64,000 nt of DNA from an uncultured Gemmatimonadaceae bacterium (GCA_963781585.1 CAWAGQ010000004.1:704001-768000), one strand, 5' to 3'; counted from the stretch's first letter, positions 43,971 through 54,240 are shown. Numbers and translations: made by a program. Notes: generated from the letters alone by a model not told the origin.

Positions 43971-45971
43971 ATGCGCACTGTCTCGTTAGGCGCGTTCATG
44001 ACCCTCATCGCCGCGACGGCGGGCCGGTCGCAATCGGTGCGTCTCCACGTTGACCGGCGCGAGCCCGTGCTCGGCAGCCGCGCGTTCGGCGCCGCGGGAG
44101 CCTACGAGAAGCTGATCGGGACGGTGGAGTTCCAGTTCGACCCGGGACTTCCCGCCAATGCGATGATCGTCGATCTGCCGCTGGCCCCGCGCAACGCGGA
44201 TGGCCGGGTGGTGGTTACCGCCGACTTCTATCTCCTCAAGCCCGTCGATCCGGAGAACGGCAACGGACGGCTCTTCTACGAGGTCGGGAATCGTGGCGGC
44301 AAGGGCATGCTGGTCACGTTTCAGAAAGCGACGGGCTCGACCGATCCGTCCACCGAGGCGCAGTTCGGGGACGCGTGGCTCATGGAGCGGGGGTTCTCGC
44401 TGCTCTGGATGGGGTGGCAGTGGGACGTGCCTGACGGGCGCATGCGGATGGAGATGCCGATCGCGACCGAGGATGGCCGCCAGATCACCGGACTGGTACG
44501 CGGGAACTTCATTCCCGATATCCGTGCGGACACCGAGTCGCTGGCCGATCGCGGGCACAAGGGATATCCGGTGCTCGATCCGCGGAGCCCCGATAACGTG
44601 ATGACCGTGCGTGCGAACCGGACGGATTCGCCGCAGGTGGTGCCACATGAGAAGTGGCGATTCGTCGGCGATTGGAGCGTGAGCCTCGACGGCGGATTCG
44701 AGCCGGGGATGATCTACGATGTCGTCTACCGGGCCCGAGATCCGCGTGTTGTGGGCGTTGGACTTGCCGGCACGCGAGACATCATCAGCTTCTTCAAGTA
44801 CGAGAAGGGGCCTGCGAATCCGTTGCCCACGATTCGCTACGCGCTCGCCTGGGGAGGATCGCAGAGCGGTCGATTCCTCCGCCACTTTCTCTACCAGGGT
44901 TTCAACGCCGACGCGCAGGGGCGGCGGGTCTTCGACGGCGTGATCGACGAGCGCGGCGGTGCCGGCCGCGGGTCGTTCAATCATCGCTTCGCGCAGGCGT
45001 CGCGCGACGCGCTGGAGCATTACAACATTCTTTTCCCCGTGGACATGTTCCCGTTCACGGATGGCCTCGAGACCGACCCGCTCACCGGCGAGACCGACGG
45101 CTTGCTGGCGCGAGCCGACCGGAGCGGCACAGCGCCCAAGGTCTTCCACATCCTCTCGGGCTCGGAGTACTGGAATCGCGCCGGGTCCCTGCTGCACACG
45201 GACGTGACGGGCGCGCGGGACGTCGCTGTACCGGCGAATGTCCGTCTGTACTTCATCTCGTCGGCGCCGCACATCATCGGTCCCCGTCCGCCCACCTCGC
45301 ACCGGTCCGGCACACTGGTCGGGCAGGCCGCGCTCAATCCGCTCGATCCCCGTCCGGTGGTGCGCAGCCTGTTCGACGCCATGGACCGCTGGGTCACCGA
45401 CGACATCGACCCGCCGGCGAGCCGCTATCCGCAGATTGCCGATGGCACGCTGGTGCCTCGCCAACGCGGTGGATGGCCCGCGATACCCGGATATCGCTTT
45501 CCGCCACCGCAACTCATCACGTATCGGCTCGACTTCGGCCCCAACTGGTCGCGCGGCATCGTCGACAACGAGCCACCGAAGATCGGCGCCCCATTCGCGG
45601 TCCTCGTGCCGGCCGTAGATGCCGACGGCAACGACCGCGCAGGCGTTCGTATTCCGGAACTCGCCGTCCCGCTCGGCACGTTCTTCGGCTGGAACTACCG
45701 GGACGCCAGTATCGGGGCTCCGGAACACCTGGCGGGTGAGATCGGCTCGTACATCCCGTTCGCCCGCACACGCGTCGAGCGCCACCGCAATGGCGATCCG
45801 CGTCTCTCGATCGAGGAGCGCTACCCGAACAAGGACGACTACATGGCGAGGATCGAGAAGGCGGCGAGGGACCTTGTGACCCACGGCTATCTGTTGGCGC
45901 GAGACGTGCCCGATGTGGTGGCGCGGGCCGCGGTGCTCTGGGACTGGGCGATCAGCCCGTCGCCTCGATGA
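43971..45971 (+). CDS. Secreted alpha/beta hydrolase-domain protein (Abhydrolase_10-like)
   Basis: Signal peptide, YEVGNRG, GWQWD, nucleophile elbow WGGSQSGRFLR, EYW, DADGN. Confidence 0.8.
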   Translation: MRTVSLGAFMTLIAATAGRSQSVRLHVDRREPVLGSRAFGAAGAYEKLIGTVEFQFDPGLPANAMIVDLPLAPRNADGRVVVTADFYLLKPVDPENGNGRLFYEVGNRGGKGMLVTFQKATGSTDPSTEAQFGDAWLMERGFSLLWMGWQWDVPDGRMRMEMPIATEDGRQITGLVRGNFIPDIRADTESLADRGHKGYPVLDPRSPDNVMTVRANRTDSPQVVPHEKWRFVGDWSVSLDGGFEPGMIYDVVYRARDPRVVGVGLAGTRDIISFFKYEKGPANPLPTIRYALAWGGSQSGRFLRHFLYQGFNADAQGRRVFDGVIDERGGAGRGSFNHRFAQASRDALEHYNILFPVDMFPFTDGLETDPLTGETDGLLARADRSGTAPKVFHILSGSEYWNRAGSLLHTDVTGARDVAVPANVRLYFISSAPHIIGPRPPTSHRSGTLVGQAALNPLDPRPVVRSLFDAMDRWVTDDIDPPASRYPQIADGTLVPRQRGGWPAIPGYRFPPPQLITYRLDFGPNWSRGIVDNEPPKIGAPFAVLVPAVDADGNDRAGVRIPELAVPLGTFFGWNYRDASIGAPEHLAGEIGSYIPFARTRVERHRNGDPRLSIEERYPNKDDYMARIEKAARDLVTHGYLLARDVPDVVARAAVLWDWAISPSPR

Positions 45972-46068
45972 TCAGGGCGCGCGCCGTGACTCGCGCGCAG
46001 CAAAGTCCACATCGACCGGGCCGATCTGGTCTGGCTGATCGGCAGGGCTTCACCACTCTCCCCAAACG

Positions 46069-46099
46069 GCCAACGGCGCCCGATCTGGGCGCCGTCGGC
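46069..46099 (-). terminator. Hairpin downstream of tmRNA
   Basis: acggcgccc-gatct-gggcgccgt inverted repeat between the convergent ssrA and hydrolase genes. Confidence 0.55.
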
Positions 46100-46117
46100 G
46101 CGTGCAATTCCTGCGAG

Positions 46118-46474
46118 TGGAGGCGCGGGGAGTTGAACCCCGGTCCGAGACTGGATCTACCACAGCGTCTACGTGCGTAGCTCTCCATTCATTGTCTTCA
46201 GGAACTGGCCGGTGAGCCGCCGATTCCCGAACGAGCCCTCTTGATTTTCGCGAGACGCCGGAAGGCGCGACGCCCCGCTATCCCGATATTGCGATACCCG
46301 CGAAGCCGCCTCGGGCGGGCTTCCTCGAGGGCAGGTGCGTGAACGCGTTAAGCGTTACGCAGCCAGGGCCAAGTTGTTGTTGGCAGTTGTGATTTTCCCG
46401 AGAGTTTTACCAGGGCTCAGGACCTGGGCACGCAGCCACGGCTTCACCGACCCCGTCGAAGCCAGGTCGCCCCC
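46118..46474 (-). ncRNA. ssrA: Transfer-messenger RNA; tag (A)ANNNLALAA
   Basis: 5' GGGGGCGACCTGGCTTCGAC; 3' T-arm and acceptor CGGGGTTCAACTCCCCGCGCCTCCA with a G3:U pair; tag ORF at 46384-46355 reads GCC AAC AAC AAC TTG GCC CTG GCT GCG TAA. Confidence 0.96.
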
Positions 46475-46761
46475 GTAATGCTGTTCCAGCAACCTAGCGA
46501 GGCTGGGCACCACGGTCAACGAGCACGAAGCTCGAAGTCACTTGAGGTGCGTCAGTCAAATCGTCCCGCCGCAATGTGTTCTATCCCAGCCCCTTGCTGC
46601 GCCCATCGCTTCACACGCAGGTCGGTTTGCACCGGCTCCGACCCCCGGTCGCCGCCTTCTGGTCTCTCAGCGCCGAGCTCCGGCCGCTGATCGTCTCCCG
46701 AATCACTGTACGGCGCTTCAGAAGTCTCCCGACCGCCCAATCGTCCCCACAGCTGACAATC

Positions 46762-47523
46762 TCAGCGCTTCACCGTGCCGCGCGTGATGCGCGCTGCCGC
46801 CATCGCCGCGCCGAATCCGTTGTCAATGTTCACCACTGTCACCCCCGACGCGCACGACGTGAGCATGGTGAAGAGCGCACTGAGTCCGCCCAGCGAGGCG
46901 CCGTAGCCAACGCTCGTCGGGACCGCGATCACCGGACAGCCGACGAGCCCTCCCACCACGGAAGGCAGCGCGCCATCCATGCCGGCCACCACGATGATGA
47001 CGGCGGCAGACGAGAGCTCTTCGCCATGGGCGAGAAGGCGATGCAGGCCGGCGACCCCCACGTCCTTGAGACGCTGCACCTGGTCGCCCATCGCGAATGC
47101 GGTCTCGGCGGCCTCCTCCGCCACGGGCTCGTCGCTCGTGCCGGCAGTGACGATCAGGATTCTCCCTTCGCCAGGCGGCGGACTCGCTTCGCCGGGAAGA
47201 GAAACGATGCGTCCCACGACGTTCACTCGTGCATCGGGGAAGCGGGCCACGAGCGCGTCGCGCGTTTCCGCGCCCGCCCGCGTGACGAGGAAGCCTCCGC
47301 CGCGCGCCGCGGTCCGCTCGGCGATCGCCACGGTCTGGTGCGGCGTCTTGCCTTCTCCAAAGACCACCTCCGGATATCCGTGCCGGAGCGCGCGATGGTG
47401 GTCAATCGTGGCGAAGTCGATCGACTCGAACGGCTCGAACGATAGCTGCCGCAGGGCCTCTTCGGCCGGCATGGTCCCCTCAGCGACCTGGCGCAACAGC
47501 GTCAGGACGCGATCCCGCCTCAC
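46762..47523 (-). CDS. larB: Nickel-pincer cofactor biosynthesis protein LarB (PurE-like carboxylase)
   Basis: [61 protein letters not shown]. Confidence 0.92.
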   Translation of the reverse strand: MRRDRVLTLLRQVAEGTMPAEEALRQLSFEPFESIDFATIDHHRALRHGYPEVVFGEGKTPHQTVAIAERTAARGGGFLVTRAGAETRDALVARFPDARVNVVGRIVSLPGEASPPPGEGRILIVTAGTSDEPVAEEAAETAFAMGDQVQRLKDVGVAGLHRLLAHGEELSSAAVIIVVAGMDGALPSVVGGLVGCPVIAVPTSVGYGASLGGLSALFTMLTSCASGVTVVNIDNGFGAAMAAARITRGTVKR

Positions 47524-48554
47524 GCGACGGCCGCCCCGGCCTCGGCTTCGGGACGCTGGCCGGGCTCGGCGTCGTTGAACGTGTCCCGGATGGCGAGATA
47601 GTCCTCGAAGATCCCCTCGATCTCGCCCAGCGACTCGATCGCGTGAAGGCGCCGGCGCAGGTCGGCGGACCCCGGGAGCCCCTTCACGTACCAGCCGAGG
47701 TGCTTGCGGAACTCGATGGCCGCGCCGCGACGGTCCGGTTCATAGGCGTCCGCCATGCGGGCGTGCCGGAGCGCAATGGCGAAGCGATCTTCGACCGGCG
47801 GCGCGGCGGGTGCCGGCCGGCCCGCCAGCAGTGCCCGCGTCTGATCGAAGATCCACGGTTGACCGAACGATCCGCGCGCCACCATGATGCCGTCGCACCG
47901 CGTCAGGCGCTGGAGGCGTACGGCGTCCTCGGCGGTCCTGATGTCGCCATTGCCGATGACCGGAATCGACAGCGTGTTCTTTACCGCCGCGATCTCCTCC
48001 CAGGCCGCCGCGCCGGTGTACATCTGCGTGCGGGTGCGCGGGTGCAGCGCGAGCGCGCGCGCGCCGGCGTCCTGACAGCGAAGCCCGATCGCGACCGGGT
48101 CGCGCTGCTCCTCGTTCCAGCCGCTGCGGATCTTGACTGTGACGGGGAGATGCGTTCCCGCGATAACCGCCCGGATCACCCGTTCGACAAGATCGAGATC
48201 CTTCAGGCACCCGGAGCCGCCATTGCGCCGCACCACTTTCTTCACCGGACACCCGAAGTTGATGTCGATGAACTCCGGCTCAAACACGTCGGTGACCAGT
48301 TCCGCGGCCTCACGCATCGCATCCGGCTCGGACCCGAAGATCTGGACGCCGATGGGTCGTTCGTCGGCGCCGAATCGCAGCTTCTCGATGGTGGCCGGAT
48401 TCTCGCGCCGGATTCCCTCGGCGGACAGGAATTCCGTAACGACAACGTCTGCGCCGAATGCGCGACAGAGGCGCCGGAAGGGGGATTCCGAGACTCCAGC
48501 CATCGGAGCGAGATAGAGCGGCACGTCGTGCGCGACGGCAAACGGCCAAGGCAT
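47520..48554 (-). CDS. dusB: tRNA-dihydrouridine synthase B
   Basis: LAPMAGVS, DINFGCPV, VTVKIRSGW, LHPRT, IGNGDI, RKHLGWY; ATG 48554. Confidence 0.95.
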   Translation of the reverse strand: MPWPFAVAHDVPLYLAPMAGVSESPFRRLCRAFGADVVVTEFLSAEGIRRENPATIEKLRFGADERPIGVQIFGSEPDAMREAAELVTDVFEPEFIDINFGCPVKKVVRRNGGSGCLKDLDLVERVIRAVIAGTHLPVTVKIRSGWNEEQRDPVAIGLRCQDAGARALALHPRTRTQMYTGAAAWEEIAAVKNTLSIPVIGNGDIRTAEDAVRLQRLTRCDGIMVARGSFGQPWIFDQTRALLAGRPAPAAPPVEDRFAIALRHARMADAYEPDRRGAAIEFRKHLGWYVKGLPGSADLRRRLHAIESLGEIEGIFEDYLAIRDTFNDAEPGQRPEAEAGAAVA

Positions 48555-48561
48555 GGTCGGG

Positions 48562-48590
48562 AAGCTAACGGAGCGCGGAAAACGCTGCAA
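48562..48590 (-). promoter_or_regulatory. Putative dusB promoter (TTGCAG-N17-TAGCTT), near-leaderless
   Basis: -10 at 48567-48562, 7 nt before the ATG; no SD. Confidence 0.55.
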
Positions 48591-48599
48591 CGCGAAGGT

Positions 48600-48629
48600 T
48601 TGACACGACTTGGGGCGATGCGGTATGTT
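48600..48629 (+). promoter_or_regulatory. Putative promoter for the PTS IIA gene (TTGACA-N18-TATGTT)
   Basis: Consensus -35 and near-consensus -10. Confidence 0.6.
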
Positions 48630-48692
48630 GCGCCGCCGAGTGGCGAGAGACCGCCGCGGCCGTTCTGTTCGCCATCGATTCGCTCCCCCGAC

Positions 48693-48720
48693 CTCTGGAC
48701 TCCGGGCTCCGGACTCCCGA
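48693..48720 (+). repeat. Short heptamer array, 4 units (CTCYGGR-like)
   Basis: ctctgga|ctccggg|ctccgga|ctcccga in the PTS IIA leader. Confidence 0.6.
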
Positions 48721-48731
48721 CGCCCCTCCCC

Positions 48732-49184
48732 ATGGAACTTCGCGAGTTCTTCACGGAAGACGCCATCAAGCTCGAGCTCGAGGGGACGTCGAAGGACGAT
48801 GTCCTCCGGGAGCTGATCGGCCTGCTCAAGCTTGACGAGAAGAACGAAGCGACGCTCTTCAAGATGCTGAAACGGCGGGAGAACCTCGGCTCGACGGGCA
48901 TCGGGCGTAGCATTGCCATCCCGCACTGTCGATCGTTGGTGGTGACCCGGCTACGCGTTGCGTTCGGCAGAAAACCGAACGGCGTGGACTTCAAGGCGAT
49001 CGACGAGAAGCCGGTGAAGTTCTTTTTCCTGATCGTCGCCCCGCCGCTCGAGGTCTCGAACCAGTATCTCCCCGTGCTGGGGAAAATCGCCCAGTTCAGC
49101 AAGGAGCCCGACGTTCCCGAGCGCCTGCTTCAGCTCAGCGAGCCGGGGCAGTTTCTGAAGCTGCTGGAAGAAAAGGGCGTGTAA
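48732..49184 (+). CDS. PTS IIA component (PtsN/Fru-family), stand-alone
   Basis: RRENLGSTGIGRSIAIPH (phospho-His), FKAIDEKPV. Confidence 0.92.
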   Translation: MELREFFTEDAIKLELEGTSKDDVLRELIGLLKLDEKNEATLFKMLKRRENLGSTGIGRSIAIPHCRSLVVTRLRVAFGRKPNGVDFKAIDEKPVKFFFLIVAPPLEVSNQYLPVLGKIAQFSKEPDVPERLLQLSEPGQFLKLLEEKGV

Positions 49185-49299
49185 CGGCGTACGCGCCGGG
49201 CAGGTGCGCGAAGACCTGCGTTGGAGAGTCGCGTCTGTCGCGACCGGGCGACGCGATATCCTTCGATGAGTCGAGCGTCTTGCGACTGGGCCGCGACCC

Positions 49300-50859
49300 C
49301 TACTCCCACTCGATCGTGGCCGGCGGCTTCGAGCTCACGTCGTAGACTACGCGGTTCACCCCCTTCACCTCGTTGATGATGCGGCTCGAGATGCGCGCCA
49401 GCACCTCGTGCGGAAAGGGGAACCAGTCGGCCGTCATGCCGTCGGTGCTGGTGACCGCGCGCAACGCCACCACGTTGTCATAGGTGCGGTAATCTCCCAT
49501 CACGCCCACCGAGCGCACCGGCAGCAGAACCGCGAACGCCTGCCAGATCTCGTCGTACAGCGAGACGCCCCGGATCTCCTCGAGGTAGATCGCGTCCGCC
49601 TGGCGCAGCACGTCCAGCTTCTCGCGCGTCACGTCGCCAAGGATGCGGATGCCGAGGCCGGGCCCGGGGAATGGATGCCGACCTACCATCTCGTCCGGCA
49701 GGCCGAGCTCACGCCCCACGTTGCGCACTTCGTCCTTGAAGAGCTCGCGCAACGGTTCGATCAGCGTGAATTTCATTCCTGGCTTGAGGCCGCCCACGTT
49801 GTGATGCGTCTTGATCGTCACCGATGGCCCGCCGCGCGGCGAGAAGCTTTCGATCACGTCCGGATACAGCGTGCCCTGCACGAGGAAATCCACGTCGTCG
49901 CCCACGTCCCGGGACGCCTCCTCGAAGACGTCGATGAACGTGTGGCCGATGATGGTCCGCTTGCGCTCCGGCTCCTCGACGCCGGCGAGCGCTGACAGAA
50001 AACGCTCCTCGGCATCGATGGTGCGCAGATCGATGCCGAGGTTGGCGCGAAACGTCCGCTCCACCTGCTCGCGTTCGTGGAGCCGGAGGAGGCCGGTGTC
50101 GACGAAGATGCAGGTGAGCCGGTCGCCCACGGCGCGGTGCACGAGCGCGGCGGCCACCGACGAATCGACCCCGCCGGACAGGCCACATATGACGCGACGG
50201 TCGCCTACCCTGGTCCCGACCTTCTCGCACTCCTCCGCAATGAACGCCCCCGGCGTCCACGTGGGGCGCGCGCGGCAGACGGCGAACAGAAAATTGGAAA
50301 TGACGTCCTTCCCCCGCAGTGAATGGGCGACCTCGGGATGGAACTGCACGCCGAAGATCGGCCGCGTCTCGTGGCGATAGGCCGCGAAGTGACTGTTGTC
50401 GCTTCGGGCGCTTGCGAGGTAGCCGTCGGGCAGCCGGTCCACGAGGTCGCCGTGGCTCATCCAGACCTGGGTCAGCTCGTGGGGTGCAAATCCGGCGAAA
50501 AGCCCATCCGGACGCGTGATCTCGAGTTGCGCACGCCCATACTCGCGTTGATGTGCCGGCGCGATGTGCCCGCCCTCGAGCTGCGCGATCAGGTTCATGC
50601 CGTAACAGATGCCCAGCACCGGGGCCACGTCGAGAATCCCGCGGTCGGCGCCGGGCGCGCCTTCGTCGTATACCGAGTTCGGGCCCCCGCTCAGTATGAT
50701 GCCGGTTGGATGCCACGACCTGATCCAGTCGAGCGTGACCGAGGGCGGATGGATTTCCGAGTACACGCGGGCCTCGCGCACGCGCCGCGCAATGAGCTGG
50801 GTGTACTGGGAACCGTAGTCGATGATCAGGATCCGGCTTGCGTCGGTCGGATCGATCAC
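49300..50859 (-). CDS. guaA: GMP synthase (glutamine-hydrolysing)
   Basis: [50 protein letters not shown] 50859. Confidence 0.98.
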   Translation of the reverse strand: MIDPTDASRILIIDYGSQYTQLIARRVREARVYSEIHPPSVTLDWIRSWHPTGIILSGGPNSVYDEGAPGADRGILDVAPVLGICYGMNLIAQLEGGHIAPAHQREYGRAQLEITRPDGLFAGFAPHELTQVWMSHGDLVDRLPDGYLASARSDNSHFAAYRHETRPIFGVQFHPEVAHSLRGKDVISNFLFAVCRARPTWTPGAFIAEECEKVGTRVGDRRVICGLSGGVDSSVAAALVHRAVGDRLTCIFVDTGLLRLHEREQVERTFRANLGIDLRTIDAEERFLSALAGVEEPERKRTIIGHTFIDVFEEASRDVGDDVDFLVQGTLYPDVIESFSPRGGPSVTIKTHHNVGGLKPGMKFTLIEPLRELFKDEVRNVGRELGLPDEMVGRHPFPGPGLGIRILGDVTREKLDVLRQADAIYLEEIRGVSLYDEIWQAFAVLLPVRSVGVMGDYRTYDNVVALRAVTSTDGMTADWFPFPHEVLARISSRIINEVKGVNRVVYDVSSKPPATIEWE

Positions 50860-51362
50860 GGATTCCCTCCCCCGGGGAGCGTGAAGAACTCCACGCGCTT
50901 GCTGTCCAGGTCGAGTACCGCGGCCGATGGGGCGCCGTGCAACCAGCCGCACGCTTCACCCGGGTTCACCACCAGGGTATCGCCCCGCGTCTTCATCTCG
51001 GTGCGATGCGTGGAGCCGTGCACCACGATGGCGTGATTGCCGATCGACGCCTCGCGCACGTCGCCCAGATCGTGCACCAGCAGAATGTGCTCGCCGCCGA
51101 CCTCGATGCTGTGGGGCGATTCGAAGAGCTCGATGCCGAAGCCCGACGCGGCCGTCGAGATCAGCCCCTCGTGGTCGCCGTCGTTGCGTCCGAAGACGCC
51201 GGCCATTGCGACGTTATGCTCCAGAAACGGACGGAGCGCGAACGGCGCGCAATAATCTCCGGCGTGCAGAACGAAGCTGGCGCCCCGCGCGATCATCTCG
51301 CGCAGCAGCGAGTCGATGGCGGGAAGCCGGTCGTGCGAATCGGCCATCAGCCCTACGATCAT
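50856..51362 (-). CDS. YfcE/MJ0936-family metallophosphoesterase with altered metal ligands
   Basis: ADSHD, LHAGD, FGRND, VHD, HGSTH, VNPGE; ATGA overlap with the lysA stop. Confidence 0.85.
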   Translation of the reverse strand: MIVGLMADSHDRLPAIDSLLREMIARGASFVLHAGDYCAPFALRPFLEHNVAMAGVFGRNDGDHEGLISTAASGFGIELFESPHSIEVGGEHILLVHDLGDVREASIGNHAIVVHGSTHRTEMKTRGDTLVVNPGEACGWLHGAPSAAVLDLDSKRVEFFTLPGGGNP

Positions 51363-52645
51363 CCGCCCATCCTCCATTCGAGGACGTCGCGCTCGAGCCG
51401 CACGAGGTCGTCGTAGTCTTCGCGGTCTGTCGTGACGGCGAACCGGTCGCCTTCCACCAGCACCTCGACCGCCCGCGGCCGCGCGTTGTAGTTGGACGCC
51501 ATGGCGTAGCCGTATGCGCCGGCCGTGTGCACGGCCAGCACATCGCCAGTCTGGACGTCGCTCATCTCGCGGTCGAGGGCCAGAAAGTCGCCGCTCTCGC
51601 ACACCGGCCCCACGACGTCCAGGCGGACGAGACCCGTTCGCGCGACCAGCGGCTCGATCCGGTGATAGGCCTGGTAGTGCGACGGGCGCAGCAACTCCGT
51701 CATCCCCGCGTCGGTGACCGCGATCTCGCGTCCACCGCTGCGCTTGCGGTAGAGGACGCGGGTGAGGAGGATGCCGGCGCCAGCCACGAGAAAACGACCG
51801 GGTTCCACGAGAATCGCCAGTTCGGTCGCGTGGGCCGCCGACCGCACGATGCGCCCGAACTCGGCGAGGTCGGGCGGCAGTTCCGCCTCATACGGCACGG
51901 CAAGGCCACCGCCGATGTCCAGATATCGCAGCGACTCCACGCCCAGCGCGCGTGTGGCCGAACAGAGCTCCAGCATTCGCGACAACCCGTGCTCGTACGC
52001 CTCCAGCCGCGAGAGCTGGGATCCCACGTGCATGTCCAGGCCAAGCAGCCGGATGTGACGCAGTTCCTGCGAGAGGCGCGTTGCGGCCGCGGCCTCATCC
52101 CACGGGATCCCGAACTTGCGTCCCCGCTCTCCCGTCGTGGTGTAGCTGTGAAAACTCCCCACGGTGATCTCGGGGTTGATCCGCAGGGCCACCGGCGCCG
52201 TGACGCCACGTTGCGCCGCCATGCGGTCGAGCAGTCGAAGCTCATCCGCCGACTCGACGTTGAAGAGCAGGATCCCCGCGTCGAGCGCCTCGCCAAGCTC
52301 GCGCGGCGACTTGCCCACTCCGCCGAAAATGATGTCCGCTGGTGAGAATCCGGCCCGGAGCGCACGAAAGAGCTCGCCTCCCGAAACCACGTCGGCGCCC
52401 GAGCCGAGCGATCGGAGAAGCGCCAGCAGCGCGCGATTGCCGTTGGCTTTGAGCGAGTAGTGCACCCGGTGGGGCACCCCCGCCAGCGCCTCGCTCAAAC
52501 GGGCATACTGCTCCCGGATGCTCGCCGAAGAGTAAACGTACGCCGGGGTGCCGACGGCGTCCGCCACCGCGGCGAGCGACACGCCCTCACAGGAGAGCGT
52601 GCCGCTGTGGCGCTCCAGACCGCCGGTCAATACGCTTTCGCCCAC
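51359..52645 (-). CDS. lysA: Diaminopimelate decarboxylase
   Basis: GTPAYVYS, YSLKAN (PLP Lys), VVSGGEL, HVGSQ, DIGGG, EPGR, GPVCESGD, AGAYG...MASNYN. Start is GTG 52645 or TTG 52630. Confidence 0.96.
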   Translation of the reverse strand: MGESVLTGGLERHSGTLSCEGVSLAAVADAVGTPAYVYSSASIREQYARLSEALAGVPHRVHYSLKANGNRALLALLRSLGSGADVVSGGELFRALRAGFSPADIIFGGVGKSPRELGEALDAGILLFNVESADELRLLDRMAAQRGVTAPVALRINPEITVGSFHSYTTTGERGRKFGIPWDEAAAATRLSQELRHIRLLGLDMHVGSQLSRLEAYEHGLSRMLELCSATRALGVESLRYLDIGGGLAVPYEAELPPDLAEFGRIVRSAAHATELAILVEPGRFLVAGAGILLTRVLYRKRSGGREIAVTDAGMTELLRPSHYQAYHRIEPLVARTGLVRLDVVGPVCESGDFLALDREMSDVQTGDVLAVHTAGAYGYAMASNYNARPRAVEVLVEGDRFAVTTDREDYDDLVRLERDVLEWRMGG

Positions 52646-54096
52646 ACGACCTCGAATTGTGCCGGCCGACCGGTGTAGAGGCACGTCTTCGGCGCCTCAC
52701 GCGACCGGAAGTCCTCGTCCGGAATGACGCGAATGGTGGCTTTCGTTTCTTCCTTCACCTTGGCCTCCACCTCCGGGTCGCCGCACCAGCCGGCGTAGAC
52801 GAAGGCACCGTCGCCGTCCATGATCTCGCGGAAGCGGTCATAGGTGATGGGCTCGCGAACGGTGTTGGCGTCCGCGCGCGCGCGGGCGGCTGCCAGCATG
52901 TCGTGCTGGATCTGCTCCAGCAGTCCGGTGACGTCGCCGGCGACGGCAGACAAGCCGATCGACATCTTGTCGCGCGTGTCGCGGCGAGCTGCCATGCACG
53001 ATCCCTTGTCCAGGTCGCGGGGGCCGATCTCCAGCCTCAGCGGCACCCCACGGAGCTCCCACTCATAGTACTTGGCGCCGGGCTTTACTCCATCGCGGCC
53101 GTCGATCCACACGCGGATCCGGTCATCGCCGCGGCCGCCCCAGTTGGTCAGGTCGCTCCGAACCCGATCGGCCACTTCCATGAGGCGTGCCCGTTCGGCG
53201 TCGCTCTTCCAGATGGGAACGATCACGACCTCGATCGGCGCCAGACGCGGCGGCATCCGCATGCCGTTGTCGTCACCGTGCGTCATCACCAGTCCGCCCA
53301 CCAGACGTGTGGAGACGCCCCAACTGGTGTTCCAGGCATGCTCGATGCTCCCGCTCTCGCTCTGGAACTTGAGGTCGAATGCCCTGGAGAAGTTCTGACC
53401 GAGATCGTGCGAGGTGCCGGCCTGGAGGGCCTTGTTGTCCTGCATGATGGCTTCACACGCATAGGTGCGCAGCGCACCGGCGAAGCGTTCGGAATCGGTC
53501 TTGAGCCCGGTCACCACCGGCATGGCCATCCACTGCTCCATGAACTCGCGATACAGGTCGAGGATCAGGCGAGCTTCCGCTTCCGCCTCGGCATGGGTGG
53601 CGTGCGCCGTGTGTCCCTCCTGCCAGAGGAACTCCAGCGTACGCAGGAACAGCCGGGTGCGCATTTCCCAGCGCACCACATTGGCCCACTGGTTGATCAG
53701 GATGGGGAGGTCGCGGTAGCTCTGCACCCACTTGGCGTACATCGCATAGATGATCGTCTCGGACGTCGGGCGGATGACGAGCGGCTCGGCGAGCTTCTGG
53801 CCGCCGCCGTGCGTCACCACGGCGGCCTCGGGCGCGAATCCCTCGACGTGCTCGGCCTCCTTGTGCAGGAAGCTCTCGGGGATCAACAGAGGGAAATAGG
53901 CGTTCTGGTGCCCGGTGGCCTTGAACATGGCGTCGAGCGCGCGCTGCATCCGTTCCCAGATGCCGTACCCGTTAGGCCGGATGACCATGCAGCCGCGGAC
54001 CGGAGAGTAGTCCGCCAGTTCGGCGCGGAGCACCACTTCGTTGTACCAGGCGGCGAAGTCGGCTGCGCGGGTGGTGAGTTTCCTATCGTCTGACAT
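52627..54096 (-). CDS. proS: Proline--tRNA ligase, archaeal/eukaryote-like type
   Basis: HVEGFAPE, RPTSET, QWANVVRWE, EFLWQEGHT, QAGTSHDLGQNF, C-terminal WAKAY. Confidence 0.97.
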   Translation of the reverse strand: MSDDRKLTTRAADFAAWYNEVVLRAELADYSPVRGCMVIRPNGYGIWERMQRALDAMFKATGHQNAYFPLLIPESFLHKEAEHVEGFAPEAAVVTHGGGQKLAEPLVIRPTSETIIYAMYAKWVQSYRDLPILINQWANVVRWEMRTRLFLRTLEFLWQEGHTAHATHAEAEAEARLILDLYREFMEQWMAMPVVTGLKTDSERFAGALRTYACEAIMQDNKALQAGTSHDLGQNFSRAFDLKFQSESGSIEHAWNTSWGVSTRLVGGLVMTHGDDNGMRMPPRLAPIEVVIVPIWKSDAERARLMEVADRVRSDLTNWGGRGDDRIRVWIDGRDGVKPGAKYYEWELRGVPLRLEIGPRDLDKGSCMAARRDTRDKMSIGLSAVAGDVTGLLEQIQHDMLAAARARADANTVREPITYDRFREIMDGDGAFVYAGWCGDPEVEAKVKEETKATIRVIPDEDFRSREAPKTCLYTGRPAQFEVVWAKAY

Positions 54097-54240
54097 GGGA
54101 GATTGGGAGATGGGAGGAAGTCGGTGTGTGGCTCGGCATCCGTCCCGGATCCGGAGAACCGCATGCGTCTCGATCCGCGCGACTCCACGCCTCGCGCGCG
54201 ATGGCTCCAGCACCCGGGTGGTACGATGGGTGCGCGAGCG

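Noticed and set aside
46118..46150. Stand-alone tRNA gene or attR fragment (GGTTCAACTCCC...CCA)
   Set aside because: It pairs with GGGGGCG about 350 nt upstream and brackets a tag ORF, so it is the tmRNA 3' end.
46475..46761. Small ORFs between larB and ssrA (e.g. 46552-46740), possible smpB
   Set aside because: No SmpB or other motif; more likely ssrA promoter and spacer sequence.
47643..48731. Long N-terminal extensions in the ORF track (PTS IIA, folC, rodA, HD-GYP, pssA, purQ, ABC permease) suggesting fusions
   Set aside because: The extensions overlap neighbouring real genes; family homology starts at downstream, usually coupled, start codons.
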